DNA of 64,000 nucleotides. Origin: an uncultured Gemmatimonadales bacterium (GTDB lineage Bacteria; Gemmatimonadota; Gemmatimonadetes; Gemmatimonadales; GWC2-71-9). Positions 31,406 to 40,871 of this stretch are shown in pieces (within the stretch, counting starts at the first letter, position 1; every line of letters starts with the position of its first letter). The DNA is taken from positions 448,001-512,000 of the forward strand of contig CAVYSW010000003.1 of NCBI GenBank assembly GCA_963771275.1, read 5' to 3'. The notes under the pieces were generated by a model. That model saw only the letters and a list, made by a program, of their open reading frames with translations, was not told the origin of the DNA and ran no database searches. The translations under genes were made by a program, and so were the position numbers.

Positions 31406-32556
31406 CGCGCCGCGAGCAGGGTCGCGACCCGCTCGACCTCGTCGATCGTGTTGTAGAAGTGCGGCGAGAGCCGGATGTTGCCTTCGCGGAGCGAGCACTT
31501 CACCCCCGCCTCGCGCAGGCGAGCGAAGGCCGCCGTCACGTCCCGCGTGCGCACGCACCAGATGGCGGAGTCGTGCTCCGCGTCGAGCGGCGAGACGATG
31601 GCGAACGCGCCGCGCGCCGCCCGCTCGGCGAGCGGCGCGCGCAGGCTCCGCAGGTAGCCCGCGATGCGGTCGGCACCGGCCTCGCGCAGCAGCTCGAGGC
31701 TCGCCGTCATCCCCGCGATGTCCTGATAGGGGAGGCTGGCCAGCTCGAACCGCCGCGCGTCGGCATGGAACGTGACGTCGTAGTCCGTGAGTCGCGAGAA
31801 ATCGTCCGTCCCCCGGAACGACAGCCAGCCGGTGAACCGCGGCACGAGCTCGGCAATCAGCTCGCGGCGCACGTACAGGAACCCCGATCCCCAGGGCGCC
31901 AGCAGCCACTTCTGGCCGCCGCAGGCGAGCAGGTCCACTGGCGTTTCGCGCACGTCGAACGGCAGCTGCCCGAGCCCCTGAATCGCGTCGATCGCGAGGT
32001 AGACATCCCGGGCGCGGCACGCCGCGCTCAGCCGCCGGACGTCGATCCGGTACCCGCTGGAGAATTGGACCAACGAAACCGCCACGGCCCGCACGCGCCG
32101 GTCGTCCAGCGCCGCCAGCAAGCGCTCCTCGTCCGGCCAGCCGGCCGCCGTCCGCGGGATCAGCTCGACGGCGACGCCGTGCCGTCGCAGCAGCAGCCAC
32201 GGGTAGACGTTGGCGGGGAACTCCCCGTCGGGGACGAGCACGCGATCGCCCGCGCGGAGCGGCAGCAGCTGCGCCGCCATGTTGATGCCGTAGCTCGTGT
32301 TCGCCGCGAGCGCAATCTCCATCCGCTCGGCCCCCACGAGGCGCGCGACCGCCTCACGCGCTGCGCCCAGCATCTCGGGAAAGTCGCGCTCCTCGAACAG
32401 ATACGGCTCGCGGCGCTTGGCGGCGACCCGGGCGATCGCCTGCTGGGTGCGCTCCGGCAGCGGCCCGACGGACGCGTTGTTGAAGTAGACGTGGTCCGCG
32501 GTCCACGGGAACTCGCGGGCGCGGATCTGCCCGAAGGCGGCGGCAGCAGCGTTCAT
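31402..32556 (-). CDS. Class V PLP-dependent aminotransferase (cysteine desulfurase/lyase-like)
   Basis: YFNNASVGP, EFPANVYPW, DAIQGLG, GQKWLLAP, RLSPHFYN. Confidence 0.88.
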   Translation of the reverse strand: MNAAAAAFGQIRAREFPWTADHVYFNNASVGPLPERTQQAIARVAAKRREPYLFEERDFPEMLGAAREAVARLVGAERMEIALAANTSYGINMAAQLLPLRAGDRVLVPDGEFPANVYPWLLLRRHGVAVELIPRTAAGWPDEERLLAALDDRRVRAVAVSLVQFSSGYRIDVRRLSAACRARDVYLAIDAIQGLGQLPFDVRETPVDLLACGGQKWLLAPWGSGFLYVRRELIAELVPRFTGWLSFRGTDDFSRLTDYDVTFHADARRFELASLPYQDIAGMTASLELLREAGADRIAGYLRSLRAPLAERAARGAFAIVSPLDAEHDSAIWCVRTRDVTAAFARLREAGVKCSLREGNIRLSPHFYNTIDEVERVATLLAAR

Positions 32557-32635
32557 GGGGCTGAAACCTATCACGCTGGCGGCCGGCGCGACGTCGGCTA
32601 CGTTATCCGGCGACCGGTTCGTTCAGGAGGCGGCG

Positions 32636-33685
32636 GTGGCGACGCGACGGTTCACACTGGTGCTCGGCGGGGGGGGGATGCGGGGGCTCGCCCACGTGGG
32701 CGTGTTCCATGCGCTGGAGGACCACCATCTGGCGCCGGCGGAGATCGTGGGCTCGAGCGTCGGCTCCCTGGTGGCGGCGGGATGGTGCGCCGGGATGTCC
32801 GTGGCGGACATGCAGGACGTCGCGCTGCAGCTGAGGCGGCGCGACCTGTTCCAGGTGGCCCACGGCGATATGGCGCTGATGCGGCTGCGGGCGCCGGGTG
32901 TCTACCGCAGTGAACCGCTCGGCGACTTCGTGCGTGGCATGCTCGGGAACATCACCTTCGACGAGCTGGAACACCCGCTGGTAGTGAACACCGTCGACAT
33001 CAACTCCGGCACCCAGGTCTTCTGGGGCCGCCCCGGACTGCGCCACGTCTCCGTCGCCGACGCCGTGATCGCGTCCTGCACCATGCCCGGATTCCTGCCG
33101 CCCCACGAGATCGCCGGCCGGTACTTCGTGGACGGCGCGGCCGCGGCCAATCTGCCGGTCCACCCGGCGGCGAGCGAGGATCGCGATCTCGCGATCGCGG
33201 TGGATGTGAGCGGCCGCGGCCGCGAGGGCGTGGCGGTGCACCACGCCGGATTCGCGGCGGTGTACGCCCGAGCCACCGAGATCGGCGTCCAGCGCATGGA
33301 CGAGACTGCGCTCCGCGCCTGGCGGCGACCACCACTGCTCTACATCCGGCCGCGGGTCTGGCACGTGGACCTGCTGTCGTTCAGCCACAACGCGGAGCTG
33401 ATCGAGGCCGGCTACCGCGCGGCGCACGACGTGCTCGACGCACCCAACGCCCTGCCGCCGGTCGACGCCACGGGGGTGTACCCCCGGCGCCGTGTGCGGG
33501 TGCGGATCGACCGCGACCTCTGCGTGGGCTGCGGCGCCTGCGTGATTCAGGGACCGGCCGGCCAGTTCCGGCTGGACGACAGCGGCACGGCGTTCGTCAC
33601 GGACGCGACGCCGATCTGGTCACCGGTGGACGGCTTGTGCGTGACGCAGTGCCCGACGGGGGCGATCCTCGTGGAGCGGCCCTAG
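32636..33685 (+). CDS. Patatin-like phospholipase fused to a C-terminal ferredoxin domain
   Basis: GGGGMRG, GSSVG, FVDGA; C-terminal IDRDLCVGCGAC...CPTGAI; RBS AGGAGG before GTG 32636. Confidence 0.85.
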   Translation: MATRRFTLVLGGGGMRGLAHVGVFHALEDHHLAPAEIVGSSVGSLVAAGWCAGMSVADMQDVALQLRRRDLFQVAHGDMALMRLRAPGVYRSEPLGDFVRGMLGNITFDELEHPLVVNTVDINSGTQVFWGRPGLRHVSVADAVIASCTMPGFLPPHEIAGRYFVDGAAAANLPVHPAASEDRDLAIAVDVSGRGREGVAVHHAGFAAVYARATEIGVQRMDETALRAWRRPPLLYIRPRVWHVDLLSFSHNAELIEAGYRAAHDVLDAPNALPPVDATGVYPRRRVRVRIDRDLCVGCGACVIQGPAGQFRLDDSGTAFVTDATPIWSPVDGLCVTQCPTGAILVERP

Positions 33686-33693
33686 GGAGGCTG

Positions 33694-35487
33694 CTACAGG
33701 CTCTGCAGCTCGTGCAGCCGTCCGTAGAGGCCGCCTGCCGTCACCAGGGCTTCATGCGGGCCCGTTTCCACCACGGTGCCCCCCTCGAGCACCACGATGC
33801 GGTCGGCGCCGCGAATCGTGGCGAGCCGGTGCGCGATCATCAGCACCGTGCGGCCCGCCATCAGGCGCGCCACGGCCTGCTGGACCTCGCGCTCCGCCTC
33901 CGCGTCGAGCGCCGCCGTGGCCTCGTCGAGGATCAGCACCGGCGGATCACGCAGCAGGGCGCGCGCGATGGCGATGCGCTGTCGCTCGCCGCCGGACAGC
34001 CGCTCGCCCCGCTCCCCCAGCACCGTGTCGTATCCCGCGGGCAGCCGCACGATGAACCCATGCGCGTTGGCGGCCCGGGCCGCCGCCTCGACTGCCGCGT
34101 CGCTCGCGTCGGCCCGGTCGCCGTACGCGATGTTGGCCCGCACGGTGTCGTTGAACAGCACGGTGTCCTGCCCGACGATGCCGAGGGCCGCGCGCAGCGA
34201 CCGGCGGCTGAAGCGCCACAGCGGGACGCCGTCGGCCACGACCGCGCCCCGCGTCGGCTCGACGAAGCGCGGCAGGAGGTCGACTAGCGTGGACTTGCCC
34301 GCGCCCGACGGCCCCACGATCGCCACCACTTCGCCAGGGGCGATCTGCAGCGTGACGTCGCGCAGCGCCCACTCCCCGGGCTCGTAGGCGACCCAGACGC
34401 CCTGAAACGCCAGGGCGTCGCGGAACCCGTCAAACGTCAGGGCGTCCACCGGGTCCGCGTCTTCGGGCGGGCGGTCGAGCACCGCGAACACGCGATCCGC
34501 CGCGGCGAGGGCCTCGGCCATGAGCGCGGGGAATTGCGCCAGCGCCTTCATCGGTGACAGCAGCCGCAGGGTCACCGCGACGAACGTGACGAACAGCTCG
34601 GGGCGGAGCCCGGCCCCGCCCCCCGGACCGCTCAGCACGAGGAGCAGAACGAGGACGCCGGCCCCGAGGGTCTCGCTCAGCGGGCTTGCCAGCAGCGCCA
34701 CGCGCTGAGCGCGCAGCGTGCCGCGCATCGTCGCGGTGGCGGCTGCCAGGAACCGCTGGTGTTCCTGACGCTCCCCGGCGGAGGCCTTGACGAGCCGGGC
34801 GTTGGCCGCCGTTTCCACCGCGACCGCCGCGACCTCACCGCGCTGCTCCAGCGCCTCCGCGGCCCGTCGTCGCACCGCGCGCAGCATGGGGCGCATTACC
34901 AGGGCCAGGGCGGGCGCGAGCACCAGCGCCACGAGGGCGAGCCGCCACGACAAGGCGAAGAGAATCGCGAGGTAGACGGCGACGAGCGCCGCGCTGCGCA
35001 GCGCCTGCGCCATTCCCTGCACCGCGCCGCGCGTCTGTTCCGCGTCGCTCAGCACCCGGGCCGCGAGCTGCCCCCCCTTGATCCCGCCGAAGAACGGCAG
35101 CCCCAGCCGCTGGACGTGCGCGTAGAGCGCGACCCTGAGGTCCCGGATCACGCCTTCCTGGACGCGGACGCCGCCGTAGCCGGCGGCGTAGAGGCACGCG
35201 TTCTTGAGCAGGATGCTCGCGGCGATGAGCAGCATCACCGCGGCGAACGCCGCGGCGGCATCCCCGCTGCCGAGCCAGGGCCCGGCCACCGTCGCGAGGA
35301 CCCGCTCGAGCGGGCTCGGCGCCTGCGCCAGCGCCGGACCCGCCTGGAACAGCAGGCGCAGGAAGGGAATCAGCAGCGAGAAGGTGAACCCGTCGAACAC
35401 GGAGGCGCACGCGCCGAGCAGGAGGCTCGCCGTGAACGCCCCGCGGTGCGACCGCACAAACCGCAGCAGGCGCCGCGCGCCGTGCAC
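33694..35487 (-). CDS. MsbA-like ABC exporter (permease + ATPase)
   Basis: Transmembrane domain; GPSGAGKS, LSGGERQR, ILDEAT, IAHRL. Confidence 0.92.
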   Translation of the reverse strand: MHGARRLLRFVRSHRGAFTASLLLGACASVFDGFTFSLLIPFLRLLFQAGPALAQAPSPLERVLATVAGPWLGSGDAAAAFAAVMLLIAASILLKNACLYAAGYGGVRVQEGVIRDLRVALYAHVQRLGLPFFGGIKGGQLAARVLSDAEQTRGAVQGMAQALRSAALVAVYLAILFALSWRLALVALVLAPALALVMRPMLRAVRRRAAEALEQRGEVAAVAVETAANARLVKASAGERQEHQRFLAAATATMRGTLRAQRVALLASPLSETLGAGVLVLLLVLSGPGGGAGLRPELFVTFVAVTLRLLSPMKALAQFPALMAEALAAADRVFAVLDRPPEDADPVDALTFDGFRDALAFQGVWVAYEPGEWALRDVTLQIAPGEVVAIVGPSGAGKSTLVDLLPRFVEPTRGAVVADGVPLWRFSRRSLRAALGIVGQDTVLFNDTVRANIAYGDRADASDAAVEAAARAANAHGFIVRLPAGYDTVLGERGERLSGGERQRIAIARALLRDPPVLILDEATAALDAEAEREVQQAVARLMAGRTVLMIAHRLATIRGADRIVVLEGGTVVETGPHEALVTAGGLYGRLHELQSL

Positions 35488-37056
35488 TCAGCGCGCTCCG
35501 CGGGGTGTCAGCAGCGCCACCGGCAGAATGACTTCCTCGGGACTGACTCCGCCGTGGAGAAACGAGCCCCGGTACCGGGCCTGGTACTCCCGCAGCTTGG
35601 TGGGATACACGAAGAACCGGTCGCCGGTCGCCATGAGCAGGCGCACGCCCAGCCGCATCCGCGGGAGCCCCCACGCGGGCAGGTCCTGCACCATGACCGC
35701 CGCTTCCCGGTCTTCCGGCCGGAGATCCTCACCGAACTTGTATCGCAGGTTCTGCGTCGTGTCCCGCTTCGCGAAGACGGTCGCCGACGTGTGGCAGTGG
35801 ATCGAGCCGTGGTCCGTCGTCACGAGCACCGGCACCGATCGCCGCTCGGCCTCGCGCAACGCGCGCATGAACGCCGAGTCCTCGAACCAGGTCCGCGTGA
35901 GGCTGCGCAGCGCCGCGGCGTCACGGGCCACTTCGTACAGGATGGCGTTCTCGGATCGGCCGTGCGTCAGCTGGTCGATGAAGTTGAAGACGAGCGCCGT
36001 CACGCCGCGCTGCGCGAGGTACCCCGGCAGCTGCCGCAGCAGCTCCTCCCCCTCCATGGTGCTCGACACCTTGGCGTAGCGCACCGGTGTCGGGACGCCG
36101 AGCAGGTCGGCGAGTTGCTCGGTGAGCAGCTCGGCCTCGTGGGCATTGAGACTCTCGTCGTCGCGATCCCCCCACCATTGGGGGTGCCGACGCGCGATCT
36201 CGCTGGGAAACAGCCCGCTGAAAATGGCGTTCCGCGAATACGGAGTCGCCGTGGGGACGATGCTGTAGTAATACGACACTTCCACGTCGAACCGGTCGGT
36301 GACGAGGCTCTTGAGGACCTCCCACTGGTCCAGTCGCAGGCAGTCGACCACCACGAACATCGCCGAGCCGTGCTGGCGGATCAGCGGGGCCAGGAACTCG
36401 CTCACCACGTCCACGGAGAGCGGCGGCCGGTCGCCCTCGGGGTTCGCGAGCCAGCGTGGGTACGCGGTGGTCAGGAACTTCGCGAAATCCTGGTGCAGGC
36501 TGCGCTGCAGGGCCTCATGCGCCTCGCGCAGTCCACCCTGGTCGCCCCCCGAGAGTCGCACCTCCCACTGCGCGAGCTCGCCGACCAGGTCGATCCACTC
36601 GCGCCAGCCGAGCGACTGACCGCGCCGTTCCTCGAGCTCGCGGAACCGGGTGACGAAGTCGCGCGCCAGGCGCTGCTCGCGGATGCGGGGGCCCTCGACC
36701 AGTCGGGTCACGACGCTCAGGACCTGGCGCGGGTTGACCGGCTTGACCAGGTAGTCCTCCAGGTCGATCCCGATCGCCTCGCGCATGGTGACCGCTTCCT
36801 CGCTCTTCGTCACCATCACGATCGGCACGCCGGGGTCGATCGCCCGGATCTCGCCGACCAGGGTCAGTCCGGGCCGCCCCGGCATCTGCTCGTCGAGCAG
36901 CACGACGCCATAGGTCTGGCCGCGCAGCAGCGCGAGCGCGTCCTCGCCGTTCGCGGCCTGCTCCACTTCGAAGCCGCGCTCGCGCAGGAACAGCACGTGC
37001 GCCTCGAGCGACTCGATTTCGTCGTCCACCCAGAGAATCGTGTGTTGTCGGGGCAT
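35488..37056 (-). CDS. PorX-like response regulator (receiver + PglZ/alkaline phosphatase domain)
   Basis: ILWVDDE, LLDEQMPG, YLVKP; VVDCLRLDQW, PTATPYSRNAIFSG, TTDHG, HGGVSPEE. Confidence 0.88.
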   Translation of the reverse strand: MPRQHTILWVDDEIESLEAHVLFLRERGFEVEQAANGEDALALLRGQTYGVVLLDEQMPGRPGLTLVGEIRAIDPGVPIVMVTKSEEAVTMREAIGIDLEDYLVKPVNPRQVLSVVTRLVEGPRIREQRLARDFVTRFRELEERRGQSLGWREWIDLVGELAQWEVRLSGGDQGGLREAHEALQRSLHQDFAKFLTTAYPRWLANPEGDRPPLSVDVVSEFLAPLIRQHGSAMFVVVDCLRLDQWEVLKSLVTDRFDVEVSYYYSIVPTATPYSRNAIFSGLFPSEIARRHPQWWGDRDDESLNAHEAELLTEQLADLLGVPTPVRYAKVSSTMEGEELLRQLPGYLAQRGVTALVFNFIDQLTHGRSENAILYEVARDAAALRSLTRTWFEDSAFMRALREAERRSVPVLVTTDHGSIHCHTSATVFAKRDTTQNLRYKFGEDLRPEDREAAVMVQDLPAWGLPRMRLGVRLLMATGDRFFVYPTKLREYQARYRGSFLHGGVSPEEVILPVALLTPRGAR

Positions 37057-37135
37057 GCGCGTAAGCTACCGATGCGCGGCGTCGCCCGGCAGACGTGCTG
37101 GCTCGCCTGCGCTCCGTCGTCTACATTCGCCGGCC

Positions 37136-38107
37136 GTGCCTGCTCCCACGATTCTGCTCGTCCGGTTCGGCGCCTTGGGCGACGTCGTGCTCGCGACGCC
37201 GCTGGCGCGCGCGCTGCGGCGCGCGCACCCGGACGCGGCGATCACGTTCGTCACGAAGTCGCGCTACGCGCCGATCCTGGCGCACAACCCGCACCTCACC
37301 GGGCTCGCGACGCTCGGACCCGGCGACGCCCTGCGGGATCTGGCCGCCGCCCTGCGCCGCACGCGCTGGGACCATCGGCTCGACCTCCACGGGAGCCTCC
37401 GGGCCCGGGCGCTGCGGGCGCTGGTCGGAGGACGGTGGCGCACGCCTCCGCGACAGCGCATTCGGCGGGCGCTGCTGACCCGCTGGGGTATCGACACCAT
37501 CGGCCCACCCGTCCCCGCCGCGGAGCGCTATTTCGGGGCGGCGCGCGACCTCGCGGTGGTGCCCGACGGCGGACCGGCCGAGGTCTTCACGACGCCGGAG
37601 GACGAGCACCGCGCCGCCGCGATCGCACCGGCGGGCACCTACGTCGCCCTGGCGCCCGGCGCCGCCCACGCCACCAAACGCTGGCCGGCCGCGCACTGGC
37701 GTGCCCTCGCGCGCCAGCTCCTGCTCGAGCGCTGCGGGACCGTTGCGGTGGGCAGCGCCAGCGAGCGCGGCCTGCTGGACGTGCCAGGCGTGGTCGACGC
37801 GTTCGGCCTCCCGCTCGGCCCGACCGCCGCGCTGTTGCGCCGGGCCCGCCTGGTGGTGGCGAACGATTCCGGCCTGATGCACCTCGCTACCGCCGTCGGC
37901 ACGCCCGTCGTCGCGCTGTTCGGTCCGACCACCCGTCAGCTGGGCTACTTCCCGTATCGCGCCCGCGCCCTGGTGCTGGAACGGGACCTGGCGTGCCGTC
38001 CCTGCTCCCCGTACGGCGGCGCCTACTGCCCGCGGGGCGATCATCGATGCATGATTGGGATCACCCCCGAGGAGGTCGCGGCAGTGGTCGCGACCGGAGT
38101 CCGATGA
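37136..38107 (+). CDS. Glycosyltransferase family 9 (LPS heptosyltransferase-like)
   Basis: ILLVRFGALGDVVLATP, PGAAHATKRWP, NDSGLMHLA, ALFGPT. Confidence 0.92.
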   Translation: MPAPTILLVRFGALGDVVLATPLARALRRAHPDAAITFVTKSRYAPILAHNPHLTGLATLGPGDALRDLAAALRRTRWDHRLDLHGSLRARALRALVGGRWRTPPRQRIRRALLTRWGIDTIGPPVPAAERYFGAARDLAVVPDGGPAEVFTTPEDEHRAAAIAPAGTYVALAPGAAHATKRWPAAHWRALARQLLLERCGTVAVGSASERGLLDVPGVVDAFGLPLGPTAALLRRARLVVANDSGLMHLATAVGTPVVALFGPTTRQLGYFPYRARALVLERDLACRPCSPYGGAYCPRGDHRCMIGITPEEVAAVVATGVR

Positions 38108-38484
38108 CTGAAGCCGAACGGCGCCTGGTCGGCGCCCTCGCCCAGCAGGAGCGCGGCCCCGGCCGCAACGGGATCTTCGCTCTCTGGCTGTTCACCCGGG
38201 TGGCCGAAGCGGTGCTCCCGCCCGACCTGGTGACGGCACGTGCCCATCGCCGGCGCGTGGAGCTGCTGCAGCGACGGTTGAGCAGCGTGTCGATGCCGCC
38301 GCCGCTGCGGCGTGCGCTGGCGGGGGCCCTCCGCCTGGTGGCCGAGGGCACCCCCCGCGGCTCGGCGCAGGCCCTGCAGCAACTCGTGGCGCCCGCCGGG
38401 GAGACAGTCGGCGCGCACGTCGCCGCAGCCCTCGGGCTCGCCGCTGGGCGGGCCGGGCGCACGACGAACGAGGAGGCGCGATGA
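38104..38484 (+). CDS. Hypothetical helical protein (126 aa)
   Basis: ATGA overlaps with both the GT9 gene and the DnaB-like gene. Confidence 0.65.
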   Translation: MTEAERRLVGALAQQERGPGRNGIFALWLFTRVAEAVLPPDLVTARAHRRRVELLQRRLSSVSMPPPLRRALAGALRLVAEGTPRGSAQALQQLVAPAGETVGAHVAAALGLAAGRAGRTTNEEAR

Positions 38485-39344
38485 CTGATCCGCGCGACGG
38501 CCAGCGCCCGTCGGTCGACGGCTTGCTCCGGCGTGTGGACGGCCACCCCCGGGGCGTACCCTCGCCGGACAGCGTGGCGACGGGCTTCCCTTCCCTGGAC
38601 CGGCTGCTAGGTGGCGGCCTCCGCCGCAGGGATCTCGTGGTGCTCGGCGGGGACATCGGCGCGGGCAAGTCGGCGCTGGCCCTGGCCATCGCGCTGCGCG
38701 CCGCCGCCGCGGGGAACACGGTCGAGCTGTTTTCGGGCGAGATGGACGCGGACCGCCTGCTCGAGCGCGCCCTGGCGATCGAAGGACGCACCACGATCGA
38801 CGAGTTGCGCTCGGCGGACCTGTCCGAGGAACGCCGGGCCGCGGTCGGCGCGGCGGCGGTGCGCCTGCGGGACCTGCCGCTGTCGCTCCATCCCCTGACC
38901 GCTCGCGGATTCGATGCGGTGCTCGAGCCCGCGTGGGAACGTGACCCGGCCCTGATCATCGTGGACTACCTGCAGCTGCTCCCCGCCCCCAGCGCGCGAC
39001 TCACCCGCGACGAGGACGCGGCCGAAGCCCTCGGCGCGCTCAAGGCGACCGCGCTGGCGCGCCGGGTCGCGTGCCTGGCGGTGGCACAGCTGCCGGGTCA
39101 CCGCGCGCAGCGCGAGGACCCCCGGCCGACGCTCGACGACTACGGCGCGCTCGGCGCCGTGAAGCAACACGCCGACGTCGTCCTGAGCATCTACCGCGAG
39201 GAGATGTACCACCCGGGCGGCGGCGTGGAGGGAGCCACCGAGCTGATCGTCAACAAGAACCGCAACGGTCCGACCGGGTTCGTCGACCTGTACTTCTACC
39301 GGACCTGGATGCGGTTCGAGGACATGCTCGACCCCGATCGATAG
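38481..39344 (+). CDS. DnaB-like helicase, C-terminal ATPase domain only
   Basis: TGFPSLDRLLGG, GDIGAGKS, FSGEM, VDYLQL, ADVVLSIYR, KNRNGPTG; no N-terminal domain. Confidence 0.85.
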   Translation: MTDPRDGQRPSVDGLLRRVDGHPRGVPSPDSVATGFPSLDRLLGGGLRRRDLVVLGGDIGAGKSALALAIALRAAAAGNTVELFSGEMDADRLLERALAIEGRTTIDELRSADLSEERRAAVGAAAVRLRDLPLSLHPLTARGFDAVLEPAWERDPALIIVDYLQLLPAPSARLTRDEDAAEALGALKATALARRVACLAVAQLPGHRAQREDPRPTLDDYGALGAVKQHADVVLSIYREEMYHPGGGVEGATELIVNKNRNGPTGFVDLYFYRTWMRFEDMLDPDR

Positions 39345-39377
39345 AGCGCGTGACGGCACGCGGCCGCGTGCGGACCG

Positions 39378-40322
39378 TCACCCGTCCCCGACCGCCACCC
39401 GCCCGCCGCGCTTCACCCATACGACCGCCCCCAGGACGACGCCCATCGCGAGCACCGTGCGTGGAACGATCGGCTCGTGCAGGATGAGCCAGCCCAGCAG
39501 GACCGCCACGACCGTGTTGACGTAGCTGTAGGTTCCGACGATCGTCGGCGCCATGTGGCGCAGCACGTACACGTAGCTGCTGTAGCCCACGAGCGAGCCG
39601 AAGACGATGAGGTAGGCGAGCGCGCCGACCCCGCCCGGCGTGAGTCGCACCAGTCCCCACTCGCCGCGCAGCGTGCCGACGAGCGTCAGCGCGAGACCGC
39701 CCGCGAGCATCTGCAGGGCGGAGTTGGCGTACGGGCTCCCTTGCGTGGGGTAACGGGTCGAGTAGACCGAGCCGAGCGCCCAACTCATCGACGCGACCGT
39801 AAGCCCGAGGGGGCCGCGCCAGTCGGCCTGCCGCAGGGCGCCCAGATCGTCACCCATCAGGAGAACGGTCCCGAGAAACCCGAGCAGCAGTCCTCCGCCC
39901 TGGGCGAGGGTCGGGCGGGATCGGCTGCCCGGCAGGACGGCGTCGAACAGGGCCATCCAGAGGGTGACCGTGACGACGAAGATGGCGGTGATTCCCGAGG
40001 GCGTGAACTGCTCCGCCCAGACCACGAGGCCGTTCCCGCCCAGCAGGAGCAGCACGCCGACGATGCCGTTGGTGCGCCAGTCGGCGGCGCGGCGCGGCAG
40101 CCCGCGCCCGAGGGCGAGCACCGCGCCCAGCAGGAGCGCCGCAGCGATCAGGAATCGCGTGCCCGCAAACAGCGCGGGTGGGAACTCCCGCACACCGATA
40201 CGGATCGCGAGGTACGTGGAGCCCCACACGATGCAGAGCACGAGGTAGGCCGCGAGCACGCGGCCGCCGGTCGTGGAGGAGGGGGAGGTGTCCGGCGGGC
40301 CGGACCGGTGCGCGGCCGTCAG
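39378..40322 (-). CDS. EamA/DMT family transporter
   Basis: IVWGSTY, RFLIA, YLIVFGSLVGY, YVNTVVAVLLG; start CTG 40322 or GTG 40259. Confidence 0.88.
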   Translation of the reverse strand: MTAAHRSGPPDTSPSSTTGGRVLAAYLVLCIVWGSTYLAIRIGVREFPPALFAGTRFLIAAALLLGAVLALGRGLPRRAADWRTNGIVGVLLLLGGNGLVVWAEQFTPSGITAIFVVTVTLWMALFDAVLPGSRSRPTLAQGGGLLLGFLGTVLLMGDDLGALRQADWRGPLGLTVASMSWALGSVYSTRYPTQGSPYANSALQMLAGGLALTLVGTLRGEWGLVRLTPGGVGALAYLIVFGSLVGYSSYVYVLRHMAPTIVGTYSYVNTVVAVLLGWLILHEPIVPRTVLAMGVVLGAVVWVKRGGRVAVGDG

Positions 40323-40750
40323 CGGCGCGGCGTGCTGTCCGCAGCCGGCCTGGTGCCGACCACCGACAGGATCGTACCCCGGCCGGCCGAGTCCCGCGCG
40401 ATCATGAGCCAGACCGACCGGTGGTCGGCGGAGCGTGCGAGGATCGTGACGCTCCCGTCCGCCGCGCGCGCATCGTTCGCGATGTTCCAGCCGCCGCGCA
40501 GTAATCCCACCCGGTAGAAGTCCGCCACCGAATCGGGTGCGGCGTTGATCAGGAGCTTCGTCTCGGCGATGTCGCCGGTGTGCGACGTTCCGATGAACCT
40601 CGCACCGAACATGAACGGGATGCCGCGGAAGGCCAGCAACGCGGTGGAATCCGGCGCGGTGCTGTTGGCGGACGCGTTGGACGAGCCCGGGGGCTCGCGG
40701 CCACAGGCGGAGAGCGCGACCAGCACGAGCAGGGCAGGCAGGCGGGGCAT
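40319..40750 (-). CDS. Hypothetical lipoprotein
   Basis: MPRLPALLVLVALSA-C lipobox. Confidence 0.7.
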   Translation of the reverse strand: MPRLPALLVLVALSACGREPPGSSNASANSTAPDSTALLAFRGIPFMFGARFIGTSHTGDIAETKLLINAAPDSVADFYRVGLLRGGWNIANDARAADGSVTILARSADHRSVWLMIARDSAGRGTILSVVGTRPAADSTPRR

Positions 40751-40871
40751 GGCGCGAGAACGCTACATTCGGGGGACCAGCCCGGGCAAGGCACGGCCCT
40801 CGCTGGGCCGTCGGTGCGGTTCTATATTGTTGAATATTCTGCAGTTGACCCTCAGTAGATGGGGAAGTCGC

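Noticed and set aside
35488..37056. BREX/Pgl defence system suggested by the PglZ domain
   Set aside because: It is a receiver-fused PorX type, with no brxC, pglX or brxL
38481..39344. Prophage or plasmid replication module
   Set aside because: No phage, integrase or initiator genes; it is coupled to chromosomal LPS genes
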